A stretch of 64,000 nucleotides of DNA from Octopus vulgaris (lineage: Eukaryota): NCBI GenBank assembly GCA_951406725.2, contig OX597814.1, forward strand, positions 114,328,001 to 114,392,000. Direction: 5' to 3'. The notes below the pieces were generated by a model. The model did not search any database. It saw only the letters and a program-made list of their open reading frames with translations, and had not been told where the DNA came from. The translations under genes and the position numbers were made by a program. Shown in pieces: positions 49,494 to 63,880 of this stretch (its first letter is position 1; each line of letters begins with the position of its first letter).

Positions 49494-49526
<33 letters not shown>

Positions 49527-50605
49527 TACGACGGGCTTCTTTCAGTTTCCTTTTTTCTTTATTGCCCACAGGGGGCTAAACATAGAGGGGACAAACAAGG
49601 ACAGACAAAGTGATTAAGTCGATTACATCGTCCCCTGTGTGTAACTGGTACTTATTTAATCGACCCCGAAAGGATGAAAGGCAAAGTCGACCTCGGCGGA
49701 ATTTGAACTCAGAACATAAAGACAGACGAAATACTGCTAAGCATTTCGCCCGGCGTGCTAACGTTTCTGCCAGCTCAGTTTCCGTCTACCAAATCCACTC
49801 ACAAGGCTTTGGTCGGCCCGATATTAGAGTAGAAGACAATTGCCCAAGATGCCATGCAGTGAGACTGAACCCAGAACCATGTGGTTGAGAAGACAGCTTC
49901 TTACCACACAGCTAAAACTGTGATTTGATTCATATACTTAGTTTGTTGACATCATGTAAGCATTCGATGTGGGTTCGAGCTTCAGTCGCAGCCTTCGACT
50001 TCTTTCTATCCTAAAGGGCTTTTTTCAATCCAATATTTACACACTATAAGGCTGCGAGCTGGCAGAATCGTTACCTCGCCGGAAAAAGAGCTTAGCAGCA
50101 TTTCATTCATTTTTACATTCTGAGTTCAAATTCCATTGAAGTCGACTTTGCTTTTCTTCCTTTCTGGGGTCGATAAAATAAGTACCAGGATTAAAAAAAA
50201 AAATGAGGAAAATAAATAGTCGGGTCGATTCATTCGACTAAAACAACTGTTCAAGGTGGTGCTCCAGCATGGTCGCAGTCTAATGATTGAAATATGTGAA
50301 AATGTAAAAGATAAAAGATGCTAGAAAGCACATAATTAAATATTTAAGACTCTATAATCTTTAATCTCAATAAAGAATTAACCATTATCTAAAAGCAACC
50401 TATAGAGGCATGCAATAAAATTAGGAATTATGACAAAATAATCAAGATGAAAATAACAAAACGTTGGAGTGACCAGGTGTAATTTTTATGAGAAATTTTA
50501 AGAGAAATTTTTTAGTGATCAGAGATATATGAACATCTAACTCCAAGTTATTACGTATAGGTGTGTATGTGAGTGTGTTCGTGTCTAGATATATAAAATA
50601 ATATT

Positions 50606-50664
<59 letters not shown>

Positions 50665-50796
50665 TTGTGCATATATGATATGTACGTATGTGTGTGTATG
50701 TATGTCTATATATATAATATATATTATATATATATATATTATATATATATATATTATGTAGACATACATATATACATACACATATATGTATGTATA

Positions 50797-50836
<40 letters not shown>

Positions 50837-51080
50837 GTGTGTATTTATATATATGTGCATATATGATATATAATATGTATGTATGTGTTTGTATACGTGT
50901 GTGTATGTGTGTATTGTATGTTTATAATAAAAACAATTTTACATTTATCTCAGGGGTTAATCTATACTTTTGTAAACTGCCGACGATGGGTTAAGTGGTC
51001 GAAACTTCGAAGTCACTGTCAACAATATTTTTGTTTAAGAATAAACTATGATGTGATATACCATAACATAGTGTAATAAT

Positions 51081-51122
<42 letters not shown>

Positions 51123-51334
51123 TTCACACATATACTAGATGTACCCGCCGTGGCCCGTAGGATCACAACCACTCAAATGTCGATGCACGGAGGGAAAAGA
51201 GAACATACTATTTCGTACTTCATGCAATAGAGTTCTTAAGTAATACAGTTCTCTTGCCTTTGATGTGACAACATAAACACGACTAAGTGTTTCTTTCAAA
51301 ACGTTCAAATGGCCTTCATCTTTTTCTTCTCGGG

Positions 51335-51780
51335 CTTTTCTTCGTTACTACTGTTCCAAGTGAAATATATGGGTACTTCAACACAAAGTAATGTTTTTGC
51401 AAAGTCATAATTGATGCACAATGAAAAGAATTCTGTCAATGTTATTCTCATATGCCGTTCATAGACAGCCATATACATCTTCATTATTTCTGAGCTATAT
51501 TCTTTATTCATCTGGTAGATGAACTTGCAGTATCACTATTGTAGGTGGTCTTTCATGAATTGAAAATCCTAAAATGAATGCAACTGCTTCGGATGGTCTC
51601 CAATGTACCTACCCCTTAGATATTGACTAATTTCATTATCATTATTTATTTGAACAGCAGCTTGGTCCTTTCCTTACCATGACGGACATAACTGACCTCA
51701 CTGAAGCAACGATTTCAACGTTGCGGTGGCATTTGAATGCTCTTAAAAGAGTTTCATTATAAGGTACAATCCATTTGTTT
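51335..51780 (-). pseudogene. Decayed Helitron RepHel coding fragment (region C-terminal to the Rep domain)
   Basis: Frameshifted translation NKWIVPYNETLLRAFKCHRNVEIVASVRSV..NEISQYLRGRYIG..EAVAFILGFSIHERPPTIVILQVHLP..TLTEFFSLC..AKTLLCVEVPIYFTW matches RepHel WVVPYN..CHINVE..EA.WRI.GF.IHER..VHLP..TLT.FF; a Helitron-like CTAG end lies at 51135-51138. Confidence 0.85.
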
Positions 51781-52405
51781 TTTTTTTCTTCCCATTCTTA
51801 TGAGATTCAACTCCTCCCATTGCAACTGATCTTCGTATATTAAGAGATTGTCTCTTTTTTTTGCCTTTTGATTAAGATGATAAAGATTAATATTCAAATT
51901 TAAATAAAATAGTAATTTTCGCCTTTAAGAAAAAAATAAAATCAAGTACTCGGGATTCAAAAATATCTCATAAAAATATACTGAGAATTTCTCTTTCAAG
52001 CCTACGGCACTCCGAAAGTTGTATAAATGATTAAGGGAAGAAAAAAAGAAAAGAAAGTAAGACAGAAGAAAGGACGGACAGACGACGACTCTTTGCAGTG
52101 TTAACATTGTCATCTTGATTTTCTTTTTCTTAAAGGGGGAAATGACAATTTTATTTGTAATCTTTATCATCTTAAAATGACAGGAAAACATACAAACTTT
52201 GAGTGTTAGTATAATACTAGACTACCCGTGACGCGTTAGGTCACCTGGAAAGTCTGAGTTTCCAAGCAACGACTACCCATCCTATAACAAATGTTCATAC
52301 AAATTCGGTTGAAAGTTAGAAGTTATTAGATAAACGTTTGGTACCTTCATCATAACTTAGATGGGCTTTTTTAAAAAAAACAAATAGTTTTTTTTTTATA
52401 GGAAA

Positions 52406-52517
52406 GGTAGTCGTTGTAGGATTGACTAGTCACGACTAAGTAGCGCGGATGCGCGAGTACGTGAGTGTGCGAATATGTGTTGTGCGCGCACCGGGACCAC
52501 ACTTCTTAAATAGTACC
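52406..52517 (-). mobile_element. Solo terminus of the Mutator-like MITE
   Basis: Reverse complement of the left end of 42811-43068. Confidence 0.7.
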
Positions 52518-52610
52518 ATTTTTAAAGTCCGATACTTATTCTATTGGTTTCGTCTGCCGAACTGTTAGTTCAGCGGAGGTACACAAACCAACCGATAGAA
52601 GGACAAATGT

Positions 52611-52701
<91 letters not shown>

Positions 52702-54259
52702 CACACGTGTGTATGTGTCTACCAAATTCATGAGGCTTTGGTCGGTGTGTGTGCGTATCTACCAAATTCATAAGGCTTAGTAGAATATGCTTGCTCGAGG
52801 TGCTAAGCAGCAGGATTGAACTTGAAAGCATGTGACTTGGAAATAAACCTCTTACCACACAGCCATGTTCGCGCTTTCAACCGAATTTTAAATTTTTAAT
52901 GATGATAATTTTGCTGATGTATTGAACAAACTTACCGAGACTGATTTACGTTTTATTGTGTCCGTTAACAATATTTGATCATCGACACAAGGGAGTTAAC
53001 TTGTCAAAATGTTGGTTTTGTTATTCGTTGACAAGCAGTAAAACAACAGATAACAGAGACACAACAAAAGACATCTTGTAGTTATACAATATCTTTACAT
53101 TTATAAAAAAAATAGGGTGAAGAGAGTTTATTTTTCTTTCTTTCTTGAAATGTATTTAGAAATCAGTCACAAGTTTCATTGAAATATTTTCGTGTTTGTT
53201 ACTGACTTAGTGAAGTGAAAGGTTGAAATGGTATCTTGAAATGGTGATGTGTGTCCTTTGTAGAACAAGAAGAAGAGCGATACTTTTTTAACTTTTGGCA
53301 CAAGACAGCAATTTCGAGCGGACAGGGAGTCGATTGCATCGGCCCCAACCTTCAAATGGTTCTTATTTTATCGACACGAAAAGCTGAAAGGCAAAGTTTG
53401 CCTCGGTGGAATTTGAACTCAAAAAGTAAAGAGCCTGAAGAAATGTCTCTAAGCATTTTGTCCGACGCGTTCACAACAATAGCAACAACAATATCAATAA
53501 TAACAGATTTTTCACTGAAATATCTTCATATTTGTTCATTAGTTGCTTGGAAGAGATCTAGATTTGGAATTGTAACTTGAAAATGGTAATAATTGTCCCT
53601 CGCTCTGCAATCAACGTTTTCTCATATCTCATTCGTGAAACGATTTTAATGACAAGTAAAACCGTTTTACGATGAGTTCAGCCAAATTAGGAATTTGTAC
53701 CATCGAATCAAATAGCGCATTATAAGTTATTATTATATTATTTATCGTATTGGCACCATTTGCCAGTTCGCTGATGCTTTTATCAACGTTTATTCTCCAG
53801 GAAGCGGAAATATTCATATTGAGCAATCACATCATTTAACCAAATGATTAATACCAGTTTAGAATTGACTAGATCTCTGCAACGGATCTTCAAATTACTA
53901 GGTATTATGATTTCAAGTCAGAGTAATTTGTATTAATCAGTTTATTTCGACTTTCATTCAATATAACCCATTTACGTTTTGTCGGTGTCAGCAAATATAT
54001 TTCAGAATAATTAATAAATTGACATCTGTGACATCAGTTTGTTTGGCAAGCCAAATAATTACAAAATAATTATAGCCATGGTTACTATTTTTATTATTTG
54101 TTGCAAATTTAGAAAAAAAAAAGAGGGTATTTAGAGCGTGCGTGGAAAAATGTATTTGGATATGGTTAAAATGTAATCAACGCAGGAAAAGTTTTTATTA
54201 GAATAAATACTGCAGACTGAAAGAAACCAGCGTTCATTTAATAACCATTTCTAATGGAA

Positions 54260-55631
54260 GCACAAGGCCTCAAATTTGGGGGGAGGGGACAAGTCGATTA
54301 CATCAACCCCAATACTCAACTGGTATTTAATTTATCGACCATGGAAGGATGAAAGGCAAAGTCGACCTTGGCGGAATTTGAACTCAGAACGTAACGGCAG
54401 ACGAAATACCTATTTCTTTACTACCCTCAAGGGGCTCAACGCAGAGGGGACAAACAAGGACAGACAGACGGATTAAGTCGATTATATCGACTCCAGTGCG
54501 TAAATGGTACTTAATTTATCGAGCCCGAAAGGATGAAAGGCAAAGTCGACCTTTGAACTCAGAATGTAACGGCAGACGAAATACAGCTACGCATTTCGCC
54601 CGGCGTGCTAACGTTTCTTCCAGCTCACCGACTTTCTGGCTTTAAATAATAATTCTTTTTTACTATAGGTACAAAGTCAGAAATTTTAGGGTAAGGGGCT
54701 AGGCTATTTCATCGACTTCAGTGTTCAGCTGGTACTTATTTCATCGTTTCGAGGCCGATGAAAAGCAAAGTCGGTCTCGGCTGAATTTGAACTTAGGACA
54801 TACAGATGGATGAAACGCCGCTAAGTATTTTGTCTGGCGTGCTAATGATTTTGCCAGCTCACCGCGCTAATAATAGTTTCAAATTCTGACACAAGGCCAG
54901 CAATTTGGGGGAGGAGTAAGTCGATTACATCAAACCCAGTGATCGACTGGTACTTATTTTATTGAACCCGAAACGATGAAAGGCAAAGTTAATCTTGGCG
55001 GAATTTGAACTCAGAACGGAATGACGGACGAAATGCCTCGAAGCATTTTCCCCGTCGCGCTAACGGCCCATATAGCTTGCCGTGGAAGCAATCCCAGGAA
55101 GTGGCTCTCATGGCTTCTGATCTTATCTGATTGGATTTGTTATCATGTACAGTGTTTTGTCTTGGTATAAAAGGTGGGCTACAGCAAATATTCTGTTCAA
55201 TACCAGATTTGCTTGTCAGTTGTTTGACCGTAACCAGTTGAGCATGTCCCTTAGTGGCTGACGATATGTGCATCTCTGATCACAAGCATAAGTAGTGGGG
55301 GAGCATCATAGACATGTGTTGAGAGGGATTCTTTGGGATTTGGATAATCCACCTTTGAAAACATGGGTGTTTCGTTCATCATCCTTAAACAACCCTCATT
55401 CAGGGACCTTTTGAGCGGGAGTGGTTACTCGGCGTGAAGAAAATTCTAACTGGGTCCCACCTGCAAGTTCATGCGCTGTTTATCTTCATATAAGGTCACC
55501 ATGTCGCGCACATATGGTTGTGATGCATGTGCCTGGTGTACTCTTATCAGATAGGTAGTCATGATGGGTATACTGCGCATCGTATATTTTACCCCAGTGT
55601 CACTTTGATGGCATGCACTGCTCCCTCACTC

Positions 55632-55677
<46 letters not shown>

Positions 55678-58600
55678 TTAATAATAATAATGATAATAAT
55701 AATAATGGTTTCAAATTTTGGCACAATGCCAGCAATTTTGGGTGGGGGGTAAAGTCGTGTTCTGTAGTGACATACTATGCTTCAAGAAGTTTGAAATAAC
55801 AGGATAACTTTTGAAGATATTCAGCAATTCCAAGATCTATTATTATTAAGGCGGTGAAGGGCAGCGAACTGGCAGAAACGTTAGCACGTCGGGCGAAATG
55901 CTTAGCGGTATTTCGTCTGCCGTTACGTACTGAGTTCAAATGCCACCGAGGTCGACTTTGCCTTTCATCCTTTCGGGGTCGATAAATTAAGTACCAGTTG
56001 AGTATTGGGGTCGATGTAATCGACTTAATCCGTCTGTCTGTCCTTGTTTGTACTCTCTGTGTACCCTTGTAGGTAGTAAAGAAATAGGTATTTCGTCTGT
56101 CTTTACGCTCTGCGTTCAAATTCCACGGAGGTCGACTTTGCCTTTCATTCTTTCGGAGCCGATTAAATAAGTACCAGTTACGCACTGGGTCGATGTAATT
56201 GACTTAATCCGTTTCTCTGTCCTTGTTTGTCCCCTCTGTGTTTAGCCCCTTGTGGGTAGTAAAGAAATCGGTATTTCGTCTGCCGCTATGCTCTGAGGTC
56301 ATATTCCGCCAAGGTCGACTTTGTCTTTCATCCTTTCGGAGCCGATAAATTAAGTACCAGTTGTGTACTGGGTCGATGTAATCGATTAGCGCCCTCCCCC
56401 AAAATTTCGGGCCTTGTGCCTAGAGTAGAAAAAAATCGCTATCACGCTGTGCAAAATGCTTAGCAACATTTTGTTCGTTCTTAGGTTCCGAGTTCAAATT
56501 CTGTCGAGGTCGACTATGCTTTTTATCCATTTGGAGTCGATAAAATAAGTACCAGTTGCGTACTGGGGAAGACGTAATGGACTTAACATTCCCACGAAAT
56601 TGCTGGACTTTGCTAAAATATGAAACCGATATTACAGGCTTACTGAGCTTTGTGGTTGGTTTTGCACCTGCCACCGCGTCGTAGTCCCTTATTGTCTGTT
56701 TGTTTGTTTGTTGAGCGAAGTGGTCTTTGTCCCAGAGCTCGCAAGATCGAGGGGGAGAAGTCCGAAACGTAGTCCTTTGCTATTTGTAAGACCCGCAGAA
56801 GATAAAGCAGGTCAACCTCTGACACCGAGAGCATCGACCGATGGATGAATGCGCATCCAGGCTCAGCGGTTGCGTAGGAAGTCGGGGACAAGAAACAGGA
56901 AGAAAGAGTGAGAGAAAGTTGGAGCGAAAGAGTACAACAGGGGTCGCCACCCCCCTACCGGAGCCTCGTGGAACTTTAGGTGTTTTCGCTCAATAAACAC
57001 ACACAACGCCCAGTCTGGGAATCGAAACCGCGATCTTCCGACCGCGAGTCCGCTGCCCTAACCACTGGGCCATTGCGCCTCCACTCGTAGTCCCTTAGTG
57101 CGGTAGAGGGAAAAGAGAAAGTAGACGCTACTGTAATTTGAACGCAGAACAAGTGAGACGAAGTTAAACACAATAAGACATTAAGTACGGTGCACTGCCA
57201 TTTAATCTCAGCGAATAAATTAGAATCTTACACAACCCAAGATGATTGGTTATTGATTACTTGTTTTATCATATAATGAATCATCGATATTGTCTAGAGC
57301 TATCGAACATTAACCTACAGCTGCCTGACACAATCCATTGAACTTTTGCTAAAAATGGTCCATTATTGAGTGCACAGTTGGTTGGTTTGCGTTGATTAAA
57401 AAGTAAATAATGCAGATACTTGAACTTTCGAGGTGCTTCTATAAACTTACCGTGCTTTCTAAGTTAATCTTAATGATTTCAGCTATGGCGTATTTTGGTA
57501 ATATCCTGAAGTTTTAGATTTAAAACATAAAAATTTGCTCTCTGAAAAAAATGTTAGTTTATTCCTTTGAGCATACAAAAAATATGTATTGGGGAGTAGT
57601 AAATAATATACTATACCGCCAAAGACGAGATGGTCACGCTTAGAGAACTTTTAAAAAGACAGGCATCCTGGAAGAAAAAAGAGGGAACAAAAACAGCGTA
57701 TCATCCAATCTTTAAAAAATCCAGTGTTATGAAATAACAGCTAAAGTTGTTTGAAATAGAAAATTTTTTAAATGTAATAAAAAGAAAAAAAAAAGATTTA
57801 ATTTCACCAAGATTATCGTAATTCTAATCTTTAACACGTAATCGTAATCCTAAGGATTTTGTATATTTGTAACTTCTTATTTTTTTAATGATGCATATTT
57901 TTGTGAACGCAAAGAAATCGACGATCAATTTATTTTCCAATATGAAAAACTTCTCTGTTTTGTAGTTTGAGTTCTGAGTTTTCCTCGAGCTGTAGGACTC
58001 CCAAGGTCGCTTAGCTGAATGGGGCGCCGGTCCGTTGCAGGGCTTAAGACCAGGGATTTTGAGAGGACGAAGCAAGTTGATTACCTCGACTCCAGTACTT
58101 AACTTCTACTTATTTTATCAACCCCGAAGAGATGAAAGGCAAAGTTGACGTCGACGGGATTTGAACCCCGAACGTAAAGAACCAGAAGAAATGACGCTAA
58201 ACACTATGGCCGATGTGCTAACGATTTTGCCAGCTCGCTGTCTTAAACTCCGAGTATCACATAATTCAATTACAAATTTTAGCACAAGGCCAACAATTTT
58301 GGGCGAGGGGTAAGTCAATTATATCGAGTAGCGTTCAACTGAAAGGCAAAGTCAATCTCAGCGGAATTTGAACTCGAAACGTGAAGACGGACGAAATGCC
58401 GCAAAGCATTTTTCCCGGCGTGCAAACGATACTGCCAACTCACTGCGTTGGAGTATCCCATATTTTATACAATCCTTTCTACTAAAGGCACAGGGTCTGA
58501 AATTTTGGTAGGGGAGGACAAGTTGACTACATCGACCTCAGTGTTTCACTGGTACTTAATTTATCGATCCGAAAGAATGAAAAGCAAAGTCAGAATCTGA

Positions 58601-59045
58601 ATTCAGGACGTAGCGATAAGCGAAATACCTATTTCTTTACAACCCACAAGGGGCTAAACACAGAGGGGGCAAACAAGGACAGACAAACGAATTAAGTCGA
58701 TTATATCGACTTTAGTGCGTAACTGGTATTTATTTAATCGACCCGAAAGAATGAAAGGCAAACTCGACCTCGGCGGAATTTGAACTCAGAACGTAGCGGC
58801 AGACGAAATACCCATTTCTTTACTACTCACAAGGGGCTAAACACAGAGGGGACAAACCAAGACAGACAAACGGATTAAGTCGATTATATCGATCCCAGTG
58901 CATAACTGGTACTTATTTAATCGATCCCGAAAGGATGAAAGGCAAAGTTGATCTCGGCGGCATTTGAACTCAGTACGTAACGGCAGACGAAATAAGGCTA
59001 CGCATTTCGCCCGGCGTGTTAACGTTTCTGCCAGCTCGCCGCTTT
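54260..59045. mobile_element. Cluster of young tRNA-derived SINEs with ~185-bp internal tandem duplications (e.g. 54260-54630 -, 55848-56430 +, 58490-59045 -)
   Basis: Repeated gagttcaaattccgccgaggtcgactttgcctttcatcctttcggggtcgat..aagtaccag units. Confidence 0.75.
56692..57084 (-). mobile_element. Full-length tRNA-derived SINE (head A + tail Z, (AAAC)n tail)
   Basis: 13-bp TSD tcgtagtccctta (56679-56691 / 57085-57097). Confidence 0.85.
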
Positions 59046-61370
59046 TCCTATTTTATACAATAAAACTTGATAAACTAGAAATAAATTTTTACTGGAATTT
59101 AAGAAGGATATTGTAGTATTTTTTGTGTTGTAAATCCAAAGAAATATTTGTTTGTATTTTTTAACGCCTTTGTACATAACCTGATTGGGAGATCTCGTAA
59201 AAGTGCTTAAGAATAGAGATGCATTCAACTGACATTGCTGTAAATTTCCATTAACAATAGCAAAATTAAAAATCTGTCAAATTTATTGACCTGCAAATCA
59301 CAGAACTAATGGAAGCTGACAATTTTGAGAATGGCATCTCTGAGACTGAGTTAGAAGCTTGATAAACATTTAAATATCTTGTTTGAACATCAATTTGAAA
59401 TGTAAAAGCGGCCATGTTGTTAATGGCATGATTGATAACTTTCCCTAACTTGGATGCTGGAGGAATAAAAAAAAGGAAAAAAACTCTGCTTTAATGCATT
59501 GTATTTTTTCTGTTTTTATGTTTTATCTTTTACTAGTTTCAGTCATTAGACTGCGGCCATGCTGGGGCACCACCTTGAAGAAATTTTGGTCGTATGAATC
59601 GACCCCAGTACTTACTTTCGTTTTTAAGCCTGGTATTTATTATATCGGCCTTAATTTTCCGAACCGCTAAGTTACGAGGACCTAAACACTGACTTTCAAG
59701 CGGTGGTGAGGCGCAAACCTACACACACACACATACGTCGGGATTCTTTCAACTCCATCCATCAAACCCACTCACAAGGCTTTGGTTGGCCCGAGGCTAT
59801 TGTAGAAGACACTTGCTCAAGATGCCATGCACTGGGACTGAATCCGGAACCACGAGGGCGGGAAGCAAACTTCTTACCACTGAGCCACATCTGCCCCTTC
59901 TACTGTCTAGAAAAAAATTGTCAAATACAGAGAAAAATTATCTTTTTTTCACCAATATATGATGCTAATGATAGGGAGATACGATACAAGAACAACCGTA
60001 TTTATACATTATTTTGTATCGCTGTTGGGGAACAATAGCGCTCCACTGGATATGTGCTTTCAAGAAACCAATCACCGCGTTTCTGAAGGCGAGTATAATG
60101 AAGAAATATTTGTAACTCGATAAATATATAGCAAAGGCTTTAGTTCGCAGAACATCATCTCTTTTTTGTTTCATGTCGAGGCTTACATCCTTCATCCGTA
60201 TACATCGACTATTATCTATTCATCAGTTGTTTGTGTATGTGTGTGAGTGTGTGTATGTGTGTGAGTGTGTATGTGTAAATGTGTGTGTGTATGAGTGTGT
60301 GTGTGTGCGTGTGTCTTGCTTCAGTCTGTGTATAATTCGAAGCAACTACGAATAACAGAAAAAAATACAACAAAAGCTTAAGGAACGTTCACAGTCGATA
60401 TTATTAAGTTGATGACGAAAATAAATTATAGAGTAAACAGTAGAGAGTAAAAATATAACGTTTCGGACATTGTCCTTCGTCGGATGTTAATCAACTTGGC
60501 CCCTCCCCTCAAAATTGCTGGCCATGAATAGTGCGATGAACCAGCGTCTCGTTCAGGGGAAATGTTGTGATTTGAGCCTCTTATACGCAATGGAAACCGG
60601 GAAACCGGCCACATAAATCCAAGCGCTCGAGAAAAAGAAAGCAAATGGATCGACTGATTTTATTCTACATTGTGTTAAATGGAATTTGTGTGAATGTTTT
60701 TTGTGTTTTGCTACATGAGCGTCTGTGGAGTTGGTTTAATCACTCCATATGCTTCCCAAGCGTCGTCATCCGAGCGATAAACTACAGATAAGAATCGTGG
60801 GCGAATCTTCACAATGTTGTGAGAGCTTTAAAGGCGGGCTGCAGTTTGAGCCAGACAGCCATTGTATTCAAGTGAAGCGCAATAATATCAAAAGCCATAA
60901 CGATACAACAATGTTGCACACAGATTCGACAGTTAACGGAATATGTGACACGTCAAGCATCGATCACGATATAGACGACGAGAGAAATAACAGGGAAAAA
61001 AATCCCGATGAAAAATTCCGAAAATGCATATGAAAATAACTTTAGTGATACATTTTCATCAAATATATATAAATGTAAAAACTTTTTAAATACCAAAAGC
61101 TGTTATTAAAACTTGCTAAATATCGACCGCTCATTAATAAAAGGCCAATCTCACCTTATCGGGATTTGAAATCAAATCAGTAACATTTGCTCCAAATGTC
61201 ATTTGTTGTATTAACTAGACACCATTGTTCTGTTTGATAATATATTTATTAATTTCGTACAATGTCTCTTCAACTATTAAATCTATTGCTCTAACCATCA
61301 GTTCATGTCATTAAATTTTCAGCTATCTTCTCACCCGAATACTGAGGATGGTACAAAGCTGGTGAAGGTT

Positions 61371-61470
61371 GTATGTATGTATGTATGTATGTATGTATGT
61401 ATGTATGTATGTATGTATGTATGTATGTATGTATGTATACAAACATATATGTATATATATATAGATATAC

Positions 61471-61531
<61 letters not shown>

Positions 61532-61656
61532 CACATATATATATGTATACATATATATATATATACACATATATATACATATACATATATATACATATAT
61601 GTACATATATATACATATATATATATATATATACATATATATATGCATACACACAC

Positions 61657-61718
<62 letters not shown>
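61371..61718. repeat. (TATG)n/(TA)n compound microsatellite
   Basis: Direct observation. Confidence 0.95.
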
Positions 61719-61888
61719 CAGATAAGCGCAGGCGTGGCTGTGTGGTAAGAAGCTTGCTTACCAACCACATGGTTCCTGGTTCAGTCCTTCTACGTGGCAC
61801 CTTGAGCAAGTGTCTTCTACTATAGCCTCGGGCCGACCAAACTTTTGTTAGTAGATTTGGTAGACGGAAACTGAAAGAAGCCCGCCGT

Positions 61889-61929
<41 letters not shown>

Positions 61930-62341
61930 TAAATATATGTGTCTGTATTTGTCCCTCCGCCATCGCTTGTTGGTCAGCAAAAGAGACCGACAGAATAAGT
62001 ACTAGGCTTACAAAGAATAAGTCCTGGGATCGAATTGTTCGACTAAAGGCGGTGATCCAGCATGGCCGCAGTCATATGACTGAAACAAGTAAAAGAATAT
62101 ATCTTCTCTTCTCTTTTACTTGTATAACAAAGAAATTAATAAGAATGAAGAACAACGCACCTTTATTTCAGGAATACATCACACAATGGTTTTATTATGT
62201 ATGCTTTCTTGTTTAGGTATAGTAAAAGGCACAATATACAAATCGATCCACAATGGATCGATTGTAAAGTCAAATATATCCAAAACCCATGCATACATGT
62301 TTCTAAGGCAACCCACACCGGCGTGAATCTAATGAGAACTA

Positions 62342-62924
62342 CAGAGTGTTCAATAAGTCTCTCCGCAGTGAAGTTTTTCTATGGAGAGCAATTTCGGAAA
62401 TGCTCATTGTAGGATCAATATTTTTGAAGACACCATCAACACCGAGAGATATTGATCAAATATTGTCTATCGATTTGTAGGCCAACTCACTGAAAGTGAA
62501 ATTTATAATGCATACTTTCAGCAAGACGGGGCTACAGCACATACTTCGCACATCACCAACAGGTTATTTCGAAGGGACTTTGGCCACTAAGATCGCCTGA
62601 TTTAACACCACCAGACTTTCTTTTCTGGGGAGCAAGTAAAGGATCAGTATACAAGAATCGCCCGAAAACCATTAATGAGCTAAAAGACCCAATCATAACC
62701 TTAACACGGTCCATATTGCGTCAGACTCTCCAAAATGTATTTCAAAACATGTGTAGAAGAGTCAACTTACATATTGAAAATGAAGAACTACACTTTCAAC
62801 ACCTCTCATAAAGATTTTTAAAGTCTTGTAAAGCCTAATATATTCTTTTGTAGTCTTATACCATCTTATAAATATATATTTTGCAATAAATTACTTACTG
62901 CGGAGAGACTTTTTGAACACACTG
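62342..62924 (+). mobile_element. Internally deleted Tc1/mariner-superfamily transposon
   Basis: TA TSD; TIRs cagagtgttcaataagtctctccgcagt / actgcggagagactttttgaacacactg; transposase motifs FQQDGATAHT and WPLRSPDLTPPDFLFWG. Confidence 0.9.
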
Positions 62925-63654
62925 TATATTGTACTATTTAAAAAAAATGTCCCTTCTCGAGGTATGCCAGGCTCATAAGGGCCGGTTTCCCATTTTCAGT
63001 GGCGAAGAAATTCCCCACGTGGACGGGACGCCGGTCCGTCGCAGGATTACTCATTTTTGCCAGCTGAGTGGACTGGAGCAACGTGAAATGAAGTGTTTTG
63101 TTTAAGAACACAACGCATCGCCCGGTTCAGGAATCGAAACCACAACCTTACGATCATGAGTTCAACATCCTAACCACTAAGCCACGCGCCTCCACATTAT
63201 ACTATTTATTTATTATGTCTTAAAAGATGCTTATGTAATGCAATGGGTGCTGGCCCTCGTATGATATGATTCTGAATTAAAGATGTTATTCTTTCTTCTT
63301 GTTAATGTTTATATAATATACTCTGGAATATTCTTCAAAGTGAACTTTGGATTTACTTATCGCACTGGGATTATCACCGCGAATGTAAATTCTGTTTGGA
63401 TTTAATGCTCTCTGTTCAACGTAGTTAGTCAAGTTCACACTGCCACTGAGTGCGGCTTACAAGATACCTGCCTGGATTAATAAATCCTTGTTACTTGCTA
63501 TTATGTATGCGCATGTGTACGTGTGCATGTGTGTATATTCACATACATATATGTATATTTTGATTCGTGTTTATTAGTCGAAAGATACCTGTTGTTATTT
63601 TGTTTGTATTTGTAATTGTGTAACATCTCCGTTTTTTGTCTTTGTTGTCGTATA

Positions 63655-63880
63655 CATGGACATTGTTGTAGAGCTGAAAAAGAGGTAATTTCTACTCTCC
63701 TCCTCTGGAAGCCATCTACTCGCAATGCCAGAGGGCGCACACTCTCCTACCCTGATGTAATCTCCAGGGATACAGGCATCCAGCAACAGGACCCCCGTAA
63801 TGCCATGATGGACCGTGAAGTCTGGCGTAGCATGGTAAATTCCATTGTCTCGACCACGGTCGAACAATGATGTGGTGATG
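63655..63880 (+). mobile_element. 3' end of an RTE/RTEX-like LINE
   Basis: GHCCRAEKEVISTLLLWKP..RGRTLSYPDVISRDTG..NAMMDREVWR resembles the RTE-clade ORF C-terminus; (GAT)n-like tail. Confidence 0.75.

Noticed and set aside
50977-51020. Hammerhead-like gaaacttcgaagtc with an upstream ccgacga
   Set aside because: The core is non-canonical and I could not form stem I or stem II.
60749-61033. 94-aa + strand ORF
   Set aside because: No recognisable motif or splice context; composition looks like antisense of other sequence.
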